DNA of 41,490 nucleotides. It comes from Octopus bimaculoides (taxonomy: Eukaryota). Below the pieces are notes generated by a model. It did no database searches. It had not been told where the DNA came from and saw only the letters and a program-made list of their open reading frames with translations. The first letter of the stretch is position 1. Each line of letters begins with the position of its first letter. The position numbers and the translations under genes are program-made. Positions 34,651-41,490 of this stretch are shown one piece after another. The stretch is from positions 120,670,394 to 120,711,883 of the forward strand of contig NC_068982.1 in NCBI RefSeq assembly GCF_001194135.2, in the 5' to 3' direction.

Positions 34651-36499
34651 GAATAAATTCCTAGAATTACATCTTCCTTAGGATTGCATTTTGTTTTCTG
34701 TCTTTTATTTTGGGTCACATTTTTCCCGTATTTCTGCACTACATTGTTTTCTGTACATACCAAATAGAACCAGACAGTTTTCAACTGACCACCAGGCGCG
34801 TTCGGTTAACTTAGCTGCAACCTGTCTTTTATCTCCCATTAGTACCATTCATACGTCTGCTTGTCTTACTACTTACGAACTAGCCTTGTCTAGTTCGTTC
34901 TTAAATCCTTTATTTGCTATTGTTATAATATACAAGTATGTATTTTTTGCTGCTTAGTGTGCAAACTCTTCATTTTTGCCAGAGTTATTACTCTACAGAA
35001 AAGCCAAGTCTTGTCTTATTGTTGCATTTTGAACACAAAGATTCCTCACTTTTGTTCAGCGGTTGTAAACAAATATGTGTTGTCACTGTCTCCTCTACTC
35101 ACAAAACGTGTTCCTTTCTGTCTTCCTAATCTATATCGTCCCCTATTATTTCTTATAGTTTTCTTAAATACCCTACGTGTATCAAATAACGGGCCGGACA
35201 GGGTTAATGTTTTCGGATAAAATTAAGTGTAAAAACGATTACTATGGTCAATTAATCTGGCATTGACACTAACTTTCCGGTTAGTTTTATAACGTTATGA
35301 GTGAAGATCGTTTGAATAATAAGCTCTGGTATGCATTGAACTTGCGTTCACTAAGCTGTTACTATGGTTATGAACATTTTCAGCTTCAGGAAAAACAGAT
35401 CTATTCTCAAGTTCAAATATGAACTTCTTTGATTTATCAATTGTGTGTAAGAAATAAAAATATCATAAAATTTTGTCATTTCACAATAGAAAAATGTTTG
35501 CAATATTCTTTGTAACAGCATTTAGCTTGATTAAATTATAAATTAACATACTTCTCTCGTTCTATGATCTTTTGTGTTTTCAAGCAAATCAAAACGTTTA
35601 CAGATAAAATATATTAAGTACTGCCTCAGTCAACTTGAGAATTTTGTCCATGTATCTGCGCTCACTGTTACTTAGCGTTCATTTTCTCTATTCTACTCCT
35701 TTGTATACAATTTTCTCTGTTTGGATAGTAAAATACACTGAGCGAATCATTGGTCCTTGTTATCGCTCTTCTACGAACCATCTTCACAATATACAAAATA
35801 CTTCTGTTTAAGATTGAGTTAGACATAAACTTTTGCAATTGAGAAATAAAATTATTTCAATGTAAAAATACTGGATTATTCAATAATATAATGTGATTAA
35901 TACATGTTTATTTTTAGCGACGACAGCACTGTTAGGTTTCATGATGTGTCAAGCTCCTATATTAGGTCTTTTGTAATATTTTTAAACAAAAACATTTATA
36001 AACAATCTGTCAATTCTTTGTTGCAAATCCAATATTTAATCGTTGAATGAGAATTAATTAGTAAAACGATTGCTATGGTTAAAAGCAGAAGACGCTTTAA
36101 ACCAAAGATAACAAAAGTGTCAACTTTTGTAGAATTTTAAAATTTTGATACGAATTATAGACTCAACGGATTTTGAATATACATATTTAGAAGACGCAGT
36201 GAGTGATAAGAGTGATCGCACTGCGATAGACACCGAGGTTGCACTGTATAGGATTTTCCGATGGGAACAATACTGCTGAGCAACTGTATGTTGGTTACCC
36301 TCCAGAGGTTATGCTTCAATATTACAGTTGATTATGTTTGGAAGAACCATCAAGACTTCGAGAAAGGAATACGTCTATGCAATCTATAGCCAGCGAGGTC
36401 TTCTGTATTATGATTAACAGCACTGCAATAAATTTCCTAAAGACGTGAATATGGTGAGTAAAAGCAGCATAAATTATGAGAAATAATGGGCCTGATATC

Positions 36500-37500
36500 G
36501 ACAGACCAACTCATCTTCAGGAAGCAGATAACTGAGTGGACTCGAAATTCAAAATATTTACATTCCATTATTCAGAATGGGTTTCTTTTTACCATACCAT
36601 TATTAATCAAAAACGAAATAGTACAAGGAACGTTTAAAACAGATTCTTTTGCATTAATAGCGGTTGAACCAAAAACATTTCGAAAACCGAACAGCTCTCA
36701 CTTGTTCTGCACCAGGTTTTTAAACAACGCCATCTGTGAAGAATACACCGGATTTCATGCAGTTTCAGAATTTCTCACTAACTCGTTTCTGCAGTGCAAG
36801 TTGTCACTGCTAAATTATGCTGGTGTTGCTGTCCAGTTATGTGTCGCTCACCACCATAATAGTCCCGCAGGTTTGAGCATGAAATGTGACCGATATTCAA
36901 CTGAATCTTCATGCCATTGTCTATTCGCATTTTATGTCCCACTGCCATGTCAACCTACCCAACCTGGAAATAATTGACTGCGTAAAAATGTAATGGTTGT
37001 GGAAAAATTTTTCGCCATACTGCAACATCATCTCTACCTGCCCATGGCCCACTGCGCATAAGAAGTAAAAGATAGGTAGGCAGGAGCCAAAAAGCTTTCC
37101 TTATACACTTTGGACCTATCAGCATACATCATGCTATATTATCCGTTGAAAGTAGGTTTCCATTTATTTTGGATTTTCTGTCGAAATTTTAGTGAGAATA
37201 CAAAGAGACAAACTGATGACAAGTCGCTTCTATCATTTTGTCTGTAAATGCCTGTGTTTTCCTCGTCCTCTGTGAACAAGTTCTGCTACTATGCAAAGTT
37301 ACTGTTATCTTCTTTGCTTAATATGAATGCATCATGCAAATTATTATTCAATTGATGTCAAGTGAATCAAACTAGATGACGAAGGTATTTAGTACACGAG
37401 GAAGCAACAGGCCATTGCTCATATAAAAGGCAGTCATTTGATTTGAATAAGCCAAAGCAGTGAGGCAAATTTCCTTAACATTTGAAGCAGTCTGTGGTCA
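36500..37500 (-). mobile_element. Highly decayed hAT-family transposase remnant
   Basis: Ordered minus-strand remnants EAT..QLSLCI (DE.TD+S..EQLS+C+R), YAD....YKESFL, HCRN.L (HC..H.L.L) and RW, with many frameshifts. Confidence 0.45.
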
Positions 37501-37989
37501 GTGAAGTTATTGCAAGCTGTCTGACAAGTGGTAAAGATCCTTTCATTGGTTTTTACCAGAAGACCTTCATTGTCTTGAATCAGACTTGCTAAAGACTCTG
37601 ACATCGCTTTTCAGGAAAAAAAACAGCTGTAATATCATGAATATTTTCCCTCGGAGTTAGCAGCTTCCCAACCCAGATGTCCTCAAATTCATGAAAGAGT
37701 TATAGCGACTAAATCTGAATGTATAGATTTGATTTTATTTCAGCCAAAACACTGAAAATATATTACATAACAGATGGTACCATTTTTCAGGTCTCATTAC
37801 TTTTAATTATTTTAATTTTTAAATTACATTGAGAAACGTCTTGGAGTTACAAGCACTCATATAAAACAACTTGGTATTCTGGGGTTTTCTGGACCAACCT
37901 TGCCTGGGTTACAGCAAAACGTAATGACTGTTACTACTTGTAAGGCTTTGGTCGTCCAAGGTTATAGCAGAAGTCACTTGCATTTCCTA

Positions 37990-39270
37990 GGGTGATGCCG
38001 ATCACCTCTATTTCCGAGATGTCCAACACTTTACTGTAATGTCGTCCGCATAAACCGACACGAACCTTCCGCATCCAATTTCTCGCGGGATGTCCCCCCA
38101 CCCCCGAAACATCCAGCTTCCTTAGTAATAGCTCGAGAGTCAGCACCTGAGCAAGCATCCATGACGGATGCTAAGCGATTCGGATAAGTGGTCATTTACT
38201 TTGACAACCAAAAAGCTGTTGCTGTACATTTTAGTGATCCAGTCTCTGAAACGAGAGTGAAACCGGCCACCGCGAGGAGAGCCTTCAAGTATTGGTGGTC
38301 GACCCTATCAAAAGCTTTTGAATGAACCAAATTAATCAGGGCCCCACCCATGCCAGGTTCCTTAATTACTCTTTCTATGATGCAACGTATGATTTGGAGG
38401 TTGCCATGTATAGATATGTTTGGGATAGCGCATATCTGTGGGTCGCCGACCAGCTTATCGGCGTCAAGCGTCAATCTCTTGTAATTTGCGTTCAGTAGTG
38501 TTACGGTCCTAAAATTATCTATTTGTTCCCTCTTGTTCGGGTCCTTTCTCTGCAAGACCACCACATCACGTCACACAACATTGGGAATTCTCCCGTTCTG
38601 CTGCCAGTTGCGGTAGACATCTGCCAATAGATCACCGAACAAGTGTGGCATATGAAAATAAAGCTCGAAAAGAAGACGATCCAGCCCCTGTATCTTATCT
38701 CATGTGTAGCTAGTCATTGCGTTCTATGTGTCTTCGACTGTTATCGGCATTTTGCAGCACTCCGCATACCTGCCCGAAAGGTGCAGCATGCCGCCGAAGT
38801 AGGGGGTAAAATCCGTCTGCGTCTCCCCCTCACCGCCCATTTCGAACCGTTCAGCAAAGTGCCGCTGAAATTCTGCACACAGCTGCTTGGATTCAAGTAG
38901 CATGAACCCATCCCGGTCCGTCAAAGACCGAATTGTAGCTTTGTTGACATGTAACGTCTCTGCCACCTGGACCCATAGAAAGGCTTTCATTCCCTCGTGT
39001 CTTAGCCCACGCACCCTAGCTCTGATAACGCAACCTCCGAGCTTGGTATTGAAGAATTGATCAAGAGCCAATCTCGCCGCCAGCAAGTTGGTTGCTATGC
39101 CTCTACTATGTGCCTCTTCTAGCTTACTAACTAGGTCTCCCTCTATTCTAGATTCCTCTAGCATTATTCTTTCTTTTACTAAACCCTAACGCCTTTGCTC
39201 TGATAGCCCTTTTGAGAACTATCCAACGTTGATCGTTAACGATTGCATTCCTCAACTTCCGATGGACGAG
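37990..39270 (-). mobile_element. L1/Tx1-clade LINE ORF2 fragment, copy 4 (linker plus RT)
   Basis: GGCVIRARVR linker (38724-39164), KDPNKREQIDNFRTVTLLNANYK, GALINLVHSKAFDRVDHQYL and LELLLRKL. Nucleotide similarity to copy 1 runs up to GACGATTGC...CAACTT..GATGG. Confidence 0.92.
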
Positions 39271-39274
39271 AAAA

Positions 39275-40660
39275 TCAAAGATGTTGAGACTGATGTATTT
39301 GAGTATTTTGGAGTATGACAAAATCAAGTAGAGTGAGATGCAGGAAAGCTTTAGACGAGAGTATTTCAGAAGATCAAAATTGATTATGGGAAGTAGACTC
39401 GATGGAAACAAGATCAAGACAATGAATACATGGGTTCTTTCTATAATGCGATACGGTGCAGGTGTTGTTAATCGGACGAAGAACGTGCTTGAAGAAATGG
39501 ATAGAAAAAAAAACAGGCAAGTGATGACAATTAACAAGGATCTGCACCCAAAAACGATATTGATAGATTGTGTGTGCCTAGGACCAAGAGAGGAAGAAGC
39601 CTCATAGGATGCAAGATCTGTGTTGTAAACGAGAAGAGCAGTCTGTGATGGAATATCAAACTTCGGAGTGAACCTTTGCTTGTTGTTGTTATAAATAACA
39701 ATACGATACCTACCGAAAATGTGACGCACCCCATAACATTTAAGAAGCAAGATGAAGAACAAAGGATACATAATCGGAAAATGAAAACCATGCATAGATA
39801 ATACCTCAAAGAAATGAATAGGAAAGACAAGATAAATACCTAAAGGTGGGTAAGAAAAAAGTGATTCCTCCGGATGCACTGAGGCATTGATATGCAGCGC
39901 CCGGGGAACAAGCCCTGAGAACTAATTACACCAAGTCCCAAATAGAGAAGAGCAGTAAATAGCCTCTTTGTAGGATGTGTGGTAGCAAGAAGAAAAAAAC
40001 AATCTCACATATTGGCGCAAAAGCACTACAAAAGGAGGCACGATAATGTGGCTAAGTTTGTTCACTGGACACTGTATGAAAAGTACAGTTTGGGAAGCGC
40101 ACGGAAATGGTACGAACATGAACTAGAGGATGTCACTGAAAACAATGAGTGTAAGATCCTGTGGGATTTTACAATCCAATGTGACTCCCTAATCGATGCT
40201 CGGAGACCAGACATTGTTGAGGTAGACGAAAGAAAAAAGGAAACTAAGATCATAGATATTGTCATACCTGGGGAGGCACGCGTAGGTGACGTGACAAAGA
40301 GCGGAAAAAGGTGGAAAAATACATATTTCTAAAAGAGAAACTGCAAGAATGTGAACAATGAGGAGAGTAACTGTTATCCTAGTTGTAGGAGCACTCAGAA
40401 ACCTAACAACGAAGTTCGAGAAATATGTTGGAGAAACTGGAATTGGCATGATGGTAGAGCAGGCACAAGAAATTGTTCTATTGAGGACAGCTAGGATTTT
40501 GAGATTGGTAATTGGCTGTTGAGTATCTTCTACGATAGCTAACATCCAAGTATAATTTGCGGAAAGAGATACTGCGAGACCTCTGACAACAGGTTGCTGT
40601 TCGCTCTCACAGAATCAACCAGAGCACCTAAGACCTAGAGCTCTGAGAAGTAAAATATAA
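39275..40660 (+). mobile_element. R4/Dong-clade non-LTR retrotransposon, 5'-truncated 3' part (post-RT, CCHC finger, restriction-like endonuclease) with TAA-rich tail
   Basis: REYFRR.KL+..SRL.G.NKIK.+NTW.+S++RYGAG, LHPK, C.MC...TISHI...LAQKHYKRRHDNVA and KILWDF.IQCD..+.ARRPDIV.+D...KETKIID+.IP (PD..D RLE motif). It ends AEIVLLRTARILR-like and is followed by ATAATAATACTAATAGTAG. Confidence 0.88.
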
Positions 40661-41029
40661 TAATACTAATAGTAGTAGTAATAACACGACCAGCAACAGC
40701 TATAACAATGAGAAGATGGTGAACGTGACAGTAGAATTAACAACAATACCAATAATAAATAGTAACAATAACTATAGTAATGAATATATTAATAAATATA
40801 TTCAGCTTTATGATAAATACGATTATGAAGAAAGAAGAGGGAGGTGAAAATAACTGAAGTATTGCAAGCAAACAAACAAGCAAAAAGCAGAAATAAAAGA
40901 CTAAATTGAATTAAGTGAAGAGTTGTTACATCGAGAATTATATTTAGATTTTATTAATCATTGTTTTTCCCTTTGATATTGACATATTTGTCAATAAAAA
41001 TAACACTGATTAAGTAAATTAATCAATAA

Positions 41030-41403
41030 ACACACAATACCACACACTACATACACCATACACACACCATATACACCACACGTACACACATACAAATATA
41101 CACACACATAAACACACATACACGCACACACGCAAATGCGCGCTCATATGCACACAAGCACATATCTCTATTATTGTTATTTTTAGACTCCAAGTTTTCT
41201 ATTTTTATCTGTTCTGTGACGTCATAGTTGTTGTATGCTAGGCAACAGTGACGAGACACGTTAAAATGCATATTCTTGTTTCACCTGTTGCAAGATTTCC
41301 ATGGACGTTTCAAATGTAGATAAATTTATGCACAGTTAAATTGTTTTGAGTTGAACAAGACAGAGCATTAATAAAGTAGATAGACAGATAGATAGATAGA
41401 TAA

Positions 41404-41490
<87 letters not shown>
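41030..41490 (+). repeat. Degenerate (CA)n (41030-41165) and (GATA)n (41376-41490) microsatellites
   Basis: Read directly. Confidence 0.97.

Noticed and set aside
36486-36977. 163-aa plus-strand ORF
   Set aside because: No recognisable motif; it lies antisense to the decayed hAT transposase remnant.
40620-40660. R4 3' end as the source of the SINE A tail
   Set aside because: Only CCTAGAG is shared, which is too short to support homology.

Overview
Repeat-dense, AT-rich animal genomic DNA with three N gaps. It is very probably octopus; this is inferred from the tRNA-derived SINE families, the microsatellite load and the mix of R4/Dong, Tx1, RTE and Penelope elements. No intact protein-coding gene, RNA gene or CRISPR array is recognisable. 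The long ORFs are translated microsatellites or broken transposon ORFs. The window holds four decayed L1/Tx1-clade ORF2 fragments (all minus strand), two R4/Dong-type RLE LINE 3' fragments, and RTE and Penelope fragments. DNA transposons include a Chapaev3 element with both ends and a TAA TSD, three Tc1/mariner remnants, Merlin and hAT remnants, and a foldback element. There are about 20 tRNA-derived SINE copies. The main finding concerns one SINE family that occurs with two 3' tails. All four copies with the young 'B' tail sit inside the tRNA-like head of another copy of the same family, three of them at the same nucleotide, and two loci show target-site duplications. The end of the B tail resembles the 3' terminus of the Tx1 LINE in this window. 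This suggests a SINE that targets SINEs, mobilised by a sequence-specific Tx1-type LINE. All alignments were done by eye, and boundaries of decayed elements are approximate.
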